A stretch of 64,000 bases of DNA from positions 33,924 through 97,923 of the forward strand of contig CAYVSV010000001.1 in the NCBI GenBank assembly GCA_964454205.1. Reading direction: 5' to 3'. Position 1 is the stretch's first letter. Each line of letters opens with the position of its first letter. The position numbers and the translations under genes are program-made. Under the pieces are notes generated by a model, which did not search any database, was not told the DNA's origin, and worked only from the letters and a program-made list of their open reading frames with translations. Shown here piece by piece: positions 26,294-36,971 of the stretch. The DNA is from an uncultured Ruminococcus sp. (GTDB lineage Bacteria; Bacillota; Clostridia; Oscillospirales; Ruminococcaceae).

Positions 26294-28273
26294 ATGGCAG
26301 ACGAAGAAAAGGAAAATCTTGATTACGGCGCGGACAGTATACAAGCGCTGAAGGGTCTCGACCCGGTTCGCAAGCGCCCGGGTATGTATATAGGATCGAC
26401 AGGTGAGAGCGGACTGCACCACCTTGTCTACGAGATAGTTGACAACGCCGTTGACGAGGCTCTGGCGGGCTACTGCACCGAGATAGACGTAACTATACTT
26501 CCGGATAACATTATCCGCGTTATCGATAACGGGCGCGGTATTCCTACCGATATAAACCACGCCGAGGGCATTTCCGCGGCGACGATGGTGTTTACGATGC
26601 TGCACGCGGGCGGTAAGTTCGGCGGCGGCGGATATAAGGTCTCGGGCGGACTTCACGGCGTTGGCGCTTCCGTAGTAAACGCGCTTTCCGAGTGGCTGGA
26701 GGTAGAGATACACGACGGCAAGAATATCCATTTCCAGCGTTTCGACAGGGGCGAATACGAGGAAGAGATAAAGGTTACGGGCACGACAGACCACACCGGA
26801 ACTACCGTTACATTCAAGCCAGACGCGGAGATATTCCACACGACCGTATTCAGCTATGAGACGCTCAATGACCGTCTGCGCGAGAAGGCTTTCCTTAACG
26901 GCGGTTTGAAAATATCCCTGCACGATCTGCGCGACCCCGAAAACGTTATCGAGGAGACGATGCGGTATGAGGGCGGTATCCGTGAATATATCGCGTGGCT
27001 CAACAAAAAGCGCGGCGCGGAGGTTCTCCACCCCGATGTCATTTACCTTAACGGCGTTGAGAACGGCGTTATGGTAGAGGTCGCGTTTCAGTACACTACC
27101 GACTTCAACAGCGAGGTTTTCCGCTCGTTCGCGAACGACATACACACCGGAGAGGGCGGTATGCATGAGCTCGGATTTAAGCGCGCTCTGAACACCGTGG
27201 TGAATAACTTCGCAAAGCAGGTAATTGAACAGCAGGGCAAGGTCAAAAAGAAAAAACCGACCAAAAAGGGCGAGGAGGAAAAACCGTTCAATGGGTACAG
27301 CGGAGAGGCTATCCGCGAGGCAATAAACGCGATAATTTCCGTAAAGCTCCCGGAGTGCGAGTTTGAGGGACAGACGAAGGGCAAGCTCGGAAACCCCGAG
27401 GTTCAGCCCGCGGTCTATAAGGTGGCTGTCGAGCAGCTTACCTATTACCTTGAAGAGCACCCCGAGACTATGCAGATAATAGTCAACAAGGCGGCGAACT
27501 CGCAGGCGGCGCGCGACGCGGCGAAAAAGGCAATGGAAGCCAAGCGCAAGTCCGTTATGGACAGCAACGGTCTCCCGGGAAAGCTCGCGGACTGCTCCGA
27601 AAGCGACGTGAGCGTTACCGAGATATATATCGTCGAGGGAGACTCGGCGGGTGGTTCCGCGAAAGAAGGACGCGACAGACGTTTTCAGGCGATACTGTCT
27701 CTTTGGGGCAAGATGCTGAACGTCGAAAAGGCGAGAGCGGACAAGGTTTATAACAACGACAAGCTTCTGCCCGTTGTTAAAGCGTTAGGTACCGGTATCG
27801 CCGAGGATTTTGATATTACAAAGCTCCGTTACGGCAGAGTTATCATTATGGCGGATGCCGATGTTGACGGTCTGCATATCAGAACGCTTATGCTGACGTT
27901 CTTCTTCAGGTTTATGCGCCCGCTTCTGGAGCACGGTCATGTGTATATCGCGCAGCCGCCGCTGTTTAAGGTCTCGCGCGGCAAGCAGGTGCGCTACGCG
28001 TTCTCCGAGGAGGAGCGCGACAATTACATCGCGGAGCTCGGCGCGGACGGCGGTAAAACGGATGTTCAGCGTTACAAGGGCTTGGGCGAGATGGATCCCA
28101 TTCAGCTTTGGGAGACCACGATGAACCCCGAGACCAGAACGATGCTGCGCGTGTCCGTTGAGGATGCGGCAAAGGCGGACGAGATAATGACCGTTCTTAT
28201 GGGCGACAAGGTGGAGCCTCGGCGCGAGTTTATTGAACAGAACGCGGGGCTTGCGGAGAATTTGGATATTTAA
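26294..28273 (+). CDS. gyrB: DNA gyrase subunit B
   Basis: VRKRPGMYIG, LHAGGKF, GGLHGVG, VEGDSAGG, DADVDG and RYKGLGEM motifs. Confidence 0.98.
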   Translation: MADEEKENLDYGADSIQALKGLDPVRKRPGMYIGSTGESGLHHLVYEIVDNAVDEALAGYCTEIDVTILPDNIIRVIDNGRGIPTDINHAEGISAATMVFTMLHAGGKFGGGGYKVSGGLHGVGASVVNALSEWLEVEIHDGKNIHFQRFDRGEYEEEIKVTGTTDHTGTTVTFKPDAEIFHTTVFSYETLNDRLREKAFLNGGLKISLHDLRDPENVIEETMRYEGGIREYIAWLNKKRGAEVLHPDVIYLNGVENGVMVEVAFQYTTDFNSEVFRSFANDIHTGEGGMHELGFKRALNTVVNNFAKQVIEQQGKVKKKKPTKKGEEEKPFNGYSGEAIREAINAIISVKLPECEFEGQTKGKLGNPEVQPAVYKVAVEQLTYYLEEHPETMQIIVNKAANSQAARDAAKKAMEAKRKSVMDSNGLPGKLADCSESDVSVTEIYIVEGDSAGGSAKEGRDRRFQAILSLWGKMLNVEKARADKVYNNDKLLPVVKALGTGIAEDFDITKLRYGRVIIMADADVDGLHIRTLMLTFFFRFMRPLLEHGHVYIAQPPLFKVSRGKQVRYAFSEEERDNYIAELGADGGKTDVQRYKGLGEMDPIQLWETTMNPETRTMLRVSVEDAAKADEIMTVLMGDKVEPRREFIEQNAGLAENLDI

Positions 28274-28278
28274 ATGGA

Positions 28279-28923
28279 GTGATAGATATTTCAAGCAGTT
28301 TAATGCCGGACCTCAGCAAAATGGCTAAGTCTGAGAATAAAAAGGAGCGGGAGCTCATTGCGGAATTCAGCTACGACAACACGATAGACGAGACTGACGG
28401 CGCTATGAAGTCGTTTCAGAAGCGCTTCTCGAAAAAGCGCGGAAGAGCTTCGCTTATCGCGTATTCGCTGCTTACCGCGGCGGTGGCTGTCGGGATAGTG
28501 TTTAACAAAAACGCGGTGCCGCTGTATTTCGCGCTGGCGTTTTCCGTGTTCGGGCTATACATTACCATCACAGACCAGAAACGCACGCGAAAACGCGTTA
28601 TAAAGGCGCTTGAGGATATGAACCCCGAGGAATACCGCTGCGCGATATACCCCGACAAGATCGAGCTTGAGACCGTTATCAAGCCAAAGACGAACAAGGA
28701 CGAGATCGATCTGAAAATAGACGAGGAAGTCGACGACGAGATACTCACGCCGCTTAAAACGGTGTTTGTGTTCGGGGAAGATCTGCTTAATTTCTCGGAA
28801 AACGAGGATTCGCTTTTGCTGATATTCAATCGGCGGCAGATATACTGTTTCCCGAAGCGCTGTATGACGCAGGAGCAGGAGGATACGATACGCGATTTTC
28901 TGGTGGAAAAGTTGGAGAGTTAA
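28279..28923 (+). CDS. YcxB-like membrane protein between gyrB and gyrA
   Basis: Two TM helices, then a C-terminal ENEDSLLLIF...IYCFPKR...E..IRDFL pattern like the YcxB domain; fills the gyrB-gyrA gap exactly. Confidence 0.7.
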   Translation: MIDISSSLMPDLSKMAKSENKKERELIAEFSYDNTIDETDGAMKSFQKRFSKKRGRASLIAYSLLTAAVAVGIVFNKNAVPLYFALAFSVFGLYITITDQKRTRKRVIKALEDMNPEEYRCAIYPDKIELETVIKPKTNKDEIDLKIDEEVDDEILTPLKTVFVFGEDLLNFSENEDSLLLIFNRRQIYCFPKRCMTQEQEDTIRDFLVEKLES

Positions 28924-28941
28924 TAACTATCTGGAGGAATA

Positions 28942-31563
28942 ATGGATATAGATTTCAGCTTGGAAAAACTTAATAATATAGACCTTGAGGAAACGATGAA
29001 AAAATCGTTTATCGAGTATTCTATGGCGGTTATCACGTCGCGCGCTCTGCCGGACGTGCGCGACGGATTTAAGCCCGTTCACCGCCGAATAATCTACACG
29101 ATGAACGAGGCGGGGAACACTTCGGACAAGCCGTTCCGCAAGTGTGCGTATACCGTCGGAGAGGTTTTGGGTAAATATCACCCGCACGGCGACGCTTCCG
29201 TTTACGACGCGCTTGTAAGACTTGCGCAGACCTTCTCGATGAGGTATCCGCTTATTGACGGTCACGGAAACTTCGGTTCTGTGGACGGAGACCCGCCCGC
29301 CGCATACCGTTATACCGAGGCTCGGCTCGCGAGGATCGCGAACGAGATGACCTCCGATATCAATAAGAAGGTCGTTGATTTCCAGACAAACTATGATGAT
29401 AAGCTGTTAGAGCCCGCGGTTTTGCCTTCGCGTTTCCCAAATCTTCTGGTGAACGGCTCGAACGGTATCGCTGTCGGTATGGCGACAAACATTCCGCCGC
29501 ATAATCTCAGAGAAGTGATAGACGCGCTTTTGCTCCTTATCGAAAATCCCGAAGCGACTATCGAGGAAGTTATGGGCTGCATAAAAGGTCCGGACTTCCC
29601 GACGGGCGGCATAATTATGGGCTACAGCGGTATTCGTTCGGCTTACTATACCGGTCGCGGAAAGATAATTCTCCGCGGCAAGGCGGAAATAATCGAGGAA
29701 AACAACCGCACGCGCATTATCGTCAGCGAGATACCGTATATGGTGAACAAGGCTCGTCTGCTTCAGAACATAGGGGATCTTATGCGCGACAAGCGCATAG
29801 ACGGCATTTCGTTCTGCCGCGACGAATCCGACAGAAACGGTATGCGTATCGTTATAGAGCTCAAAAAGGACGCGAACGCAAACGTCGTTCTGAACAAGCT
29901 CTATTCCTACACCCAATTGCAGGACACCGTGGGCGTTATTATGATAGCGCTCGTGAACGGTCAGCCGAAAACGCTCCCGCTTATGGATATGCTGCGGTGC
30001 TATCTCGATCATCAGATAGACGTGGTAACGCGCCGCACGAAATTTGATCTCGACAAGGCGAAGGAGCGCGAGCATATTCTCGAGGGCTTGATGATCGCTA
30101 TCGACTTCATTGACGAGGTCATTGCGATAATGCGTTCAAGCAAGAATATCCCCGAGGGCAAGGAGCGTCTTATCGAGCGCTTTAAGAACGTTGACGTTTC
30201 GCAGACGGGGTTGTTTTCGCAGACTACTTATTCACTCACCGAGGTTCAGGCGGACGCTATTGTTAAGATGACGCTCGGTGCTCTTACGGGAATGGAAAAG
30301 AGCAAGGTAGAGGACGAGCTTCTTGAAAAGCGCGAGCTTATCAAGTCTATGGAAGAGCTGCTCGCGGACAAGAGCAAGCTCGAGCACGTTATCGGCGAGG
30401 AGCTTTCCGTTATTAAGAAAAAGTACGGAGACGAGCGCCGCACGGCTATCGAGCCCGTAAGCGGCGAGGTCGACATCGAAGACCTTATCCCGGAGGAGGA
30501 CTGCGTTGTTACCTTTACGAAGATGGGCTACATCAAGCGCCAGCCCGTTGAGGTCTACAATATCCAGAAGCGCGGAGGACGAGGCGTTTCGGGAATGAAG
30601 CAGCGCGACGAGGATTTTGTGGACAGTATGTTTATAGCCTCCTCACATGAAAATATTCTGTTTATTACGAACAAGGGAAATATGTTCCGCTTGAAATGCT
30701 ACCAGATACCCGAAGGCGGAAAGCAGTCGCGAGGGACGAATATCGTGAACATTCTCCAGCTTGCGGAGGACGAGAAAATAGCCGCGATGATGACGACTAT
30801 CGACTTCGCGGAGAACAAGTTTTTCATTTGTCTCACGAAAAACGGACTTTGCAAGCGCACAAGGCTTTCGGAGTTTAAGAACATACGAAAAGCGGGGCTT
30901 CGCGCGATTACTCTTGTAGAGAATGATGAAATCGCGGGCGGGTTCCTCACCGAAGGCGACTGCACCGTTATGGCGGCAACGAGAAACGGCGCGGCTATCC
31001 GCTTTGACGAGAACGATATCCGCGTTATGGGCAGAACGGCTCGCGGCGTTCGGGCTATCAAGTTCCGCGGGGACGACTACATTGTCGGAGCGACGAAGAT
31101 CTTCGACGAAAACGCGACAATTCTTACTGTCACCGAAAAGGGAATGGGTCGGCGCTCGGCGGTTTCGAGCTATCGCTTGCAGCGGCGCGGCGGCATGGGT
31201 CTTAAAAACTACCCTGTTTCCGAGGAGAAAGGCGCGGTTATCGGTATCAGAACGCTTGGACCCGACGACGACGTTATCCTTATCAGCGCGGACGGCGTTA
31301 TAATCCGTATCCGCGCGAACGATCTGCGCGTTATGGGGCGCACGGCTTCGGGCGTTCGCGTAATGCGGCTCGGTGAAAACGACCGCGTTGCGACGTTCTC
31401 CCGCACTCAGCATGACGACGAGGAAAAGACAGAAGAGGTTGAGAGCGTTTCCGAGGAAGAGGTCGCGGCTTCGCTCCAAGAGGAAGCTGCGGAGGAAATT
31501 CCCGAGGATGAGCCCGTTGACGACGATGAGGACGGCGGCGAGGAAGATAATTCCGCGGAGTGA
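28942..31563 (+). CDS. gyrA: DNA gyrase subunit A
   Basis: [31 protein letters not shown], GyrA-box QKRGGRG and an acidic tail. Confidence 0.98.
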   Translation: MDIDFSLEKLNNIDLEETMKKSFIEYSMAVITSRALPDVRDGFKPVHRRIIYTMNEAGNTSDKPFRKCAYTVGEVLGKYHPHGDASVYDALVRLAQTFSMRYPLIDGHGNFGSVDGDPPAAYRYTEARLARIANEMTSDINKKVVDFQTNYDDKLLEPAVLPSRFPNLLVNGSNGIAVGMATNIPPHNLREVIDALLLLIENPEATIEEVMGCIKGPDFPTGGIIMGYSGIRSAYYTGRGKIILRGKAEIIEENNRTRIIVSEIPYMVNKARLLQNIGDLMRDKRIDGISFCRDESDRNGMRIVIELKKDANANVVLNKLYSYTQLQDTVGVIMIALVNGQPKTLPLMDMLRCYLDHQIDVVTRRTKFDLDKAKEREHILEGLMIAIDFIDEVIAIMRSSKNIPEGKERLIERFKNVDVSQTGLFSQTTYSLTEVQADAIVKMTLGALTGMEKSKVEDELLEKRELIKSMEELLADKSKLEHVIGEELSVIKKKYGDERRTAIEPVSGEVDIEDLIPEEDCVVTFTKMGYIKRQPVEVYNIQKRGGRGVSGMKQRDEDFVDSMFIASSHENILFITNKGNMFRLKCYQIPEGGKQSRGTNIVNILQLAEDEKIAAMMTTIDFAENKFFICLTKNGLCKRTRLSEFKNIRKAGLRAITLVENDEIAGGFLTEGDCTVMAATRNGAAIRFDENDIRVMGRTARGVRAIKFRGDDYIVGATKIFDENATILTVTEKGMGRRSAVSSYRLQRRGGMGLKNYPVSEEKGAVIGIRTLGPDDDVILISADGVIIRIRANDLRVMGRTASGVRVMRLGENDRVATFSRTQHDDEEKTEEVESVSEEEVAASLQEEAAEEIPEDEPVDDDEDGGEEDNSAE

Positions 31564-31575
31564 TTTGAATTCTAT

Positions 31576-31605
31576 AATTTTCCCGAGCCGAGGTTCGGGA
31601 AAATT
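31576..31605. repeat. REP-like palindrome copy (divergent)
   Basis: AATTTTCCCGAGCC-GA-GGTTCGGGAAAATT; its flank AATTCTATAATTTTCCC matches the reverse complement of the flank at 56435-56452. Confidence 0.6.
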
Positions 31606-31613
31606 TGTTTTAA

Positions 31614-31629
31614 TGTTCCACGTGGAACA
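31614..31629. promoter_or_regulatory. parS site
   Basis: TGTTCCACGTGGAACA, a perfect palindrome matching the TGTTNCACGTGAAACA consensus. Confidence 0.93.
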
Positions 31630-31640
31630 TCGGAGGCATT

Positions 31641-33524
31641 ATGTACACATTGGAAGAATACGATGTTGTTGTGATAGGCGCGGGTCATGCGGGGTGCGAG
31701 GCGGCATTGGCGGCGGCGCGGCTGGGAATGAAAACCGCGATTTTCACGCTCTCGCTGGACTGTATCGCGAATATGCCGTGCAATCCGTGTATCGGCGGTT
31801 CGGCGAAGGGTCAGATCGTCTGCGAGATCGACGCGCTCGGAGGTGAGATGGGCAGAGCCGCGGACGCGACGTTTATTCAATCGAGGATACTTAACCGCGG
31901 AAAAGGTCCCGCTGTCCACTCGCTGAGAGTGCAGAGCGACCGCGTGAAATACCACATCTATATGAAACGGACGCTGGAGCAAACTCCGAACCTCTTTATC
32001 AAGCAGGGCGAAGTTACGGCGGTGGACGTTGAGGACGGGCGTGTGACCGCCGTCAGGACGAAGCTCGGGGCGGTTTATCCGTGCAAGGCTGCGATAATCA
32101 CCACGGGAACATATCTTAACGGAAGAATACACATCGGGGAGCTGAACTACTCGGCGGGTCCCGATAACGTGCTCCCTTCCACCGAGCTCACCGAGTGTCT
32201 GAAAGGGCTCGGAGTGTCAATGCGGAGGTTCAAGACCGGTACTCCGGCGAGAGTTCACAAGCGTTCCATTGATTTCTCCGTTATGGAGAGACAGGAGGGC
32301 GACAGCGAGATAATGCCGTTTTCCTTCGACAATGAGGACGAGCTCTCAAACAAGGTGGAGTGCTACGTTACTTATACAAATGCCGAAACTCACCGCGTCA
32401 TTTTGGAGAATTTGGATCGTTCTCCGCTTTATTCGGGGCGTATTGAGGGTATCGGTCCGAGATACTGTCCAAGTATAGAGGACAAGATTGTGCGTTTTAA
32501 GGACAAGGAGCGGCATCAGCTTTTTGTTGAACCTATCGGGCTCGACACGGACGAATACTATTTGCAGGGAATGAGCTCAAGCTTGCCGGAGGACGTTCAG
32601 TTGAAGTTTTTGCGGACGATAAAGGGGCTGGAGAACGTTGAGATTATGCGCCCCGCGTATGCTATTGAGTACGACTGCTGCGATCCGCTGGAGCTATCCG
32701 CGACGTTGGAGTTCAAGAAGATAGGAGGACTTTACGGCGCCGGGCAATTTAACTGCACCTCCGGGTATGAGGAAGCGGCTTGCCAAGGACTTGTTGCGGG
32801 GATAAACGCGGCGCGCAAGATACGTGGCGAAAGTCCTTTGATCTTGGATCGCGCGAGCTCCTATATCGGCACTCTTATCGATGACCTTGTGACGAAGGGG
32901 TGCTCCGAGCCATATCGTATGATGACATCGCGGAGCGAATACCGCCTGATACTTCGGCAGGACAACGCTCCCGAGCGGCTTTTGCGGATAGGTCACGATG
33001 TGGGACTTGTCTCCGACGAGAGGTTCAAGCGGTTCGAGGAGGACTGCGCGGCGCTCTCCCGCGAGCTTGACAGGATAAAATCGGTCACGATACGTCCGAC
33101 CGAGGAAGTAAACCGAATGCTCGCCGAAAAAGGAACCACTCCCATAACATCCGGTGTGAAGCTCTACGAACTGTTAAAGCGCCCGCAGCTTTCATACGCC
33201 GATTTCTCGGAGTTTGATACCGAAAGACCGCAGCTTAAGGTCTCGCTTGTAAACCGCTTGGAGATTGAGATGAAGTATTCGGGTTACATCAAGATACAGC
33301 TCGAGCAGATAGAAAAAACGCGGCGGCTGGAGGAAAAGCTCCTTCCTTCCGACGTGGATTACAGGACGATAAAGGGATTGAGACTGGAGGCGCAGGAAAA
33401 GCTGAACAAGCATAAACCGCTGAATATCGGTCAAGCGGGGCGTATTTCGGGTGTCAATCCCGCGGACGTTTCGGTTTTGCTTATCTGGCTGGCGGGGAAG
33501 GGAGAGCGAAATGACGATAATTGA
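31641..33524 (+). CDS. mnmG: tRNA uridine 5-carboxymethylaminomethyl modification enzyme MnmG/GidA
   Basis: [36 protein letters not shown] and [14 protein letters not shown] motifs. Confidence 0.98.
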   Translation: MYTLEEYDVVVIGAGHAGCEAALAAARLGMKTAIFTLSLDCIANMPCNPCIGGSAKGQIVCEIDALGGEMGRAADATFIQSRILNRGKGPAVHSLRVQSDRVKYHIYMKRTLEQTPNLFIKQGEVTAVDVEDGRVTAVRTKLGAVYPCKAAIITTGTYLNGRIHIGELNYSAGPDNVLPSTELTECLKGLGVSMRRFKTGTPARVHKRSIDFSVMERQEGDSEIMPFSFDNEDELSNKVECYVTYTNAETHRVILENLDRSPLYSGRIEGIGPRYCPSIEDKIVRFKDKERHQLFVEPIGLDTDEYYLQGMSSSLPEDVQLKFLRTIKGLENVEIMRPAYAIEYDCCDPLELSATLEFKKIGGLYGAGQFNCTSGYEEAACQGLVAGINAARKIRGESPLILDRASSYIGTLIDDLVTKGCSEPYRMMTSRSEYRLILRQDNAPERLLRIGHDVGLVSDERFKRFEEDCAALSRELDRIKSVTIRPTEEVNRMLAEKGTTPITSGVKLYELLKRPQLSYADFSEFDTERPQLKVSLVNRLEIEMKYSGYIKIQLEQIEKTRRLEEKLLPSDVDYRTIKGLRLEAQEKLNKHKPLNIGQAGRISGVNPADVSVLLIWLAGKGERNDDN

Positions 33525-34197
33525 ACATTTTGCGGCGGCGGGAATAAAGCTCACCGAACGGCAATCGGAGCAGTTTCAAACGCTTTTTGAGTTTATGGTC
33601 GAGTACAACGAAAAGGTAAATCTCACGTCAATAACGGAGTTTGACGACGTGATGATCAAGCACTTTATAGACAGCGTTCTTCCGTTTTCTATGCTCGGCG
33701 TTTCGGGAAAGGAGAGCTTTATTGACGTTGGAACGGGCGCGGGATTTCCCGCTCTGCCGCTGCTTATCCTCTATCCCGAGATGAAGGGAACATTGTGCGA
33801 TTCTTTGGCGAAGCGGTGCATGTATCTGGAGCTCGCGTGCGGAAAGATCGGCGTAACTGCCGAAGTCATTCACGCGCGAAGCGAGGAGCTCGGGCGCACC
33901 CGGCGCGAACGATACGACATCGCGACTGCAAGAGCCGTCGCAGCAATGCCGGTGCTTTGCGAGTTCTGCCTTCCGTTTGTGAAGATCGGGGGAAGGTTCA
34001 TTGCTCTTAAATCCGTCAACGAGGATATGTCCGCAGCGAAAAACGCCGTTAAAACACTCGGCGGCGAGCCCTCCAAAACCGAGGATTACAAGCTTCCCAA
34101 CGGAGATGACAGGCGGGTATGCATAGTCAAAAAAATATCGCAAACTCCGACAAAATACCCGCGCAGCTACGCGAATATCACAAAAAAGCCGCTGTAA
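33511..34197 (+). CDS. rsmG: 16S rRNA m7G527 methyltransferase RsmG/GidB
   Basis: [25 protein letters not shown] and TPTKYPR motifs. Confidence 0.96.
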   Translation: MTIIEHFAAAGIKLTERQSEQFQTLFEFMVEYNEKVNLTSITEFDDVMIKHFIDSVLPFSMLGVSGKESFIDVGTGAGFPALPLLILYPEMKGTLCDSLAKRCMYLELACGKIGVTAEVIHARSEELGRTRRERYDIATARAVAAMPVLCEFCLPFVKIGGRFIALKSVNEDMSAAKNAVKTLGGEPSKTEDYKLPNGDDRRVCIVKKISQTPTKYPRSYANITKKPL

Positions 34198-34314
34198 AGC
34201 GGCTTTTTTTGTTGGAAAACGGCGGGTTTTGTCGGCGGAGCGCGATAATTTCCCGTGGAAATATTAGCCCCTTTGTGCTACAATTGAATTATCAAATAAC
34301 AAAGGAGCTTCAAA

Positions 34315-35121
34315 ATGAGTACATTTTTTAAAACGAAAGAAAAAACGGCGGGGCAAATCGTTATGCTCTCAACCTCGGAGATTGTGCCGAACAAGGCGCA
34401 GCCGCGGCGCGAATTCAGCGAGGAAGCGCTTTTGTCGCTTTCAAAGAGCATAAAGGAAAACGGCATTTTGCAGCCTATTTGCGTGAGAAAAACCGGCGCG
34501 GTCTACGAGATAATCAGCGGAGAGCGCAGAACTCGCGCGGCGAAAATAGCGGGGCTCACCGAAGTGCCGTGTATCATTATGGAAGCGGACGACAGGCAGT
34601 CGGCGGTGCTCGCCCTCATCGAGAACATTCAGCGGAAGGACTTGAGCTATTTTGAGGAGGCGCTCGGGATCGAACGGCTCATTTCGTACTACGGTCTCAC
34701 TCAGGAGGAGGCTGCGAGGCGGCTTGGGAAGGCGCAGTCCACGGTGGCGAACAAGCTGCGTTTACTGCGCTTTTCGGACGCGGAACGCCGCCTTATGCTG
34801 ATGGGCAACCTCTCCGAGAGACAGGCGCGGGCGCTTATCCGCATTGACGACGCGAAAACGCGGGCGCAGGCGATCGAGCGTGTGGTATCGAAGGGGCTTA
34901 ATCTTCCGCAGACGGAGGCGCTCGTAGACCAGATCCTCGGGAACGCGGAAAAGGCGCGAAAACGAGCAAGGTTTGACCTCAAAGCCCCTTCGCGGCTTTA
35001 TATGAACTCGCTGAACGCGCTTTTAAAGCGCATCAAAGAGGATAAGATACCGTGCGACGTGACGGCGGAAAAGTCCGAACACTTTTACGAATACACAATA
35101 AAATTCCCAATCAATTTATAA
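34315..35121 (+). CDS. noc: Nucleoid occlusion protein Noc (ParB paralog)
   Basis: QPRREF, GERRTRA, ENIQRKDL, HTH KAQSTVANKLRLL; position between rsmG and parA; short N-terminal MSTFFK. Confidence 0.85.
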   Translation: MSTFFKTKEKTAGQIVMLSTSEIVPNKAQPRREFSEEALLSLSKSIKENGILQPICVRKTGAVYEIISGERRTRAAKIAGLTEVPCIIMEADDRQSAVLALIENIQRKDLSYFEEALGIERLISYYGLTQEEAARRLGKAQSTVANKLRLLRFSDAERRLMLMGNLSERQARALIRIDDAKTRAQAIERVVSKGLNLPQTEALVDQILGNAEKARKRARFDLKAPSRLYMNSLNALLKRIKEDKIPCDVTAEKSEHFYEYTIKFPINL

Positions 35122-35128
35122 TTTGTAT

Positions 35129-35144
35129 AGTTCCATGTGGAACA
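35129..35144. promoter_or_regulatory. parS site (2 mismatches)
   Basis: AGTTCCATGTGGAACA. Confidence 0.75.
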
Positions 35145-35166
35145 TTTTGTGCATTGTTTACGAAAA

Positions 35167-35182
35167 TGTTCCACGTGGAACA
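35167..35182. promoter_or_regulatory. parS site
   Basis: TGTTCCACGTGGAACA inside a perfect 24-bp palindrome (35163-35186). Confidence 0.93.
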
Positions 35183-35269
35183 TTTTTTTGATAAACCCCC
35201 TTTTCTTTTGCTGAGAAGTATGTTATAATAATTAGGTAGTATTCTATTAAAAGAAGTGGGGGCGAAATT

Positions 35270-36067
35270 TTGGGAATAATAATCGGTATCGTAAACCAGA
35301 AGGGCGGCGTTGGCAAAACGACCACCGCGGTGAATATCGCGGCGGGGATAGGCGCTCTCGGGAAAAAGACGCTGATAATCGACTTTGACCCGCAGGGAAA
35401 CACGACAACTGGCTTCGGAGTAAAGAAAAAAACACTCGATCTGACATCGTACGACGTGGTCACGGGGAGGTGCCGCGCACAGGACGCGGTCATCGAAACG
35501 CGCTATAAAAACATCTCTCTGCTTCCCGCGACAAATAAGCTCTGCGACGCTGAAATGGCGCTGAACTCCAAGGAAGAGCGGCATTTGCAGCTTCGCAAAG
35601 CCATTTTGCCGCTGAAGGACAAGTACGACGTTATCATAATCGACAGTCTGCCTTCTTTGGGAGTGCTGGCGGTAAACGCGCTCGCGGCAAGCAACACGGT
35701 GATAGTGCCGATGGTGTGCGAACACTTTGCGCGCGAGGGCTTGGCGCAGCTCATGCTTTCGCTGAAAACCGTGAAACAGCGTTACAACCACGGGCTTACG
35801 CTTATGGGAATAGTTTTCACTATGGTTGACAAGCGTCTGTTGTCGAGCAGCGAGATAAAATCGGACATTCAGCAGGCACTCGGAAAGAGCGAGGTCTTCA
35901 AAACGGAAATACCGCGAAACGTCAAAATATCCGAGGCGCAGAGCCACGGAGAGCCGATAATGTACTACGACAAGCGCTCGACGGGTGCCGACGCTTATGT
36001 GAAGCTCTCAAAGGAAATAATAAAGAAAATTCGGGAAATGGAGAAAACAGATGGCGCGAAAAAGTGA
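35270..36067 (+). CDS. parA: Chromosome partitioning ATPase ParA/Soj
   Basis: NQKGGVGKTTT, DFDPQGN, IDSLPSLG and IPRNVKISEAQSHG motifs. Confidence 0.96.
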   Translation: MGIIIGIVNQKGGVGKTTTAVNIAAGIGALGKKTLIIDFDPQGNTTTGFGVKKKTLDLTSYDVVTGRCRAQDAVIETRYKNISLLPATNKLCDAEMALNSKEERHLQLRKAILPLKDKYDVIIIDSLPSLGVLAVNALAASNTVIVPMVCEHFAREGLAQLMLSLKTVKQRYNHGLTLMGIVFTMVDKRLLSSSEIKSDIQQALGKSEVFKTEIPRNVKISEAQSHGEPIMYYDKRSTGADAYVKLSKEIIKKIREMEKTDGAKK

Positions 36068-36908
36068 AAAGAAAACCGAAGGAAGTCTCACCGAGCTGTT
36101 TTTTGACAACAGCGTTTCTTCCGAAGGGAGTTCGACGCTGCGTTTAAGCGAGATAGAGCCGAACAAGGATCAGCCGCGAAAGAGCTTCGATAAAGAGGCG
36201 CTTCAGCAGCTCGCTGACTCAATAAACGAGCACGGCGTTATCCAGCCGCTTATAGTGCGTTCTCTTCCGAGCGGAAATTATCAGATAGTCGCGGGAGAGC
36301 GCCGCTGGAGAGCCGCGAAAATGGCAGGGCTCTCGAAGATACCTGTGGTGATACGCGACGATATCTCCGAGGAGCAGGCGATGCAGATCGCGATGATAGA
36401 GAACCTCCAGCGCGAAAATCTCAATCCGATAGAGGAAGCGCTCGGGTATAAGGAGCTGCTCGACAGGTACGACATAACGCAGGACAAGCTCGCGAAGGTG
36501 CTTGGCAAGGCGCGTTCGTCTATCACAAACAGCCTCGGATTGCTCAGTCTGCCGAACGCCGTGCAGGAGCTTTTGAAAAACGGAGAGCTCTCCGCGGGGC
36601 ATTGCAAGGCGCTTAAAAAAATCAAGGACGAGGCGGTTATGATAGAGCTCGCGCACAAAGCCTCATCGGGTGAGCTTTCCGTGCGGCAGGTGGAAGCGAT
36701 AGCGCGCCATTCCGAAAAGGAAGCGGAGAGCTCCGCGAGAAAGATACGGCAGAAGCTCACCTATTACACCGAGGTCGAAGCAAGTCTCGGGGAAATTCTC
36801 GGGACAAAGGTGAAGATAAGCGAGGGCGCAAACGGAAACGTTTTGCAGATAAAATTCAAGGACAAGGAAGAGCTTGAAAATATCCTCGCGCGTTTTCAGG
36901 ATGAATAA
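36051..36908 (+). CDS. parB: Chromosome partitioning protein ParB/Spo0J
   Basis: [35 protein letters not shown] and HTH motifs. Confidence 0.96.
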   Translation: MARKSEKKTEGSLTELFFDNSVSSEGSSTLRLSEIEPNKDQPRKSFDKEALQQLADSINEHGVIQPLIVRSLPSGNYQIVAGERRWRAAKMAGLSKIPVVIRDDISEEQAMQIAMIENLQRENLNPIEEALGYKELLDRYDITQDKLAKVLGKARSSITNSLGLLSLPNAVQELLKNGELSAGHCKALKKIKDEAVMIELAHKASSGELSVRQVEAIARHSEKEAESSARKIRQKLTYYTEVEASLGEILGTKVKISEGANGNVLQIKFKDKEELENILARFQDE

Positions 36909-36971
36909 TTCGGTATACAAACCATTCTCCGCGGCGCGGAGAAAATAAAGAATTTACAGGAGATATAAACC

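Noticed and set aside
26228-27460. 410-aa antisense ORF over gyrB, and similar long antisense ORFs over murA (53905-55488), serS, cheA and the FliK-like gene
   Set aside because: These are shadow frames caused by the codon bias of the real genes. They have no RBS or recognisable motifs.
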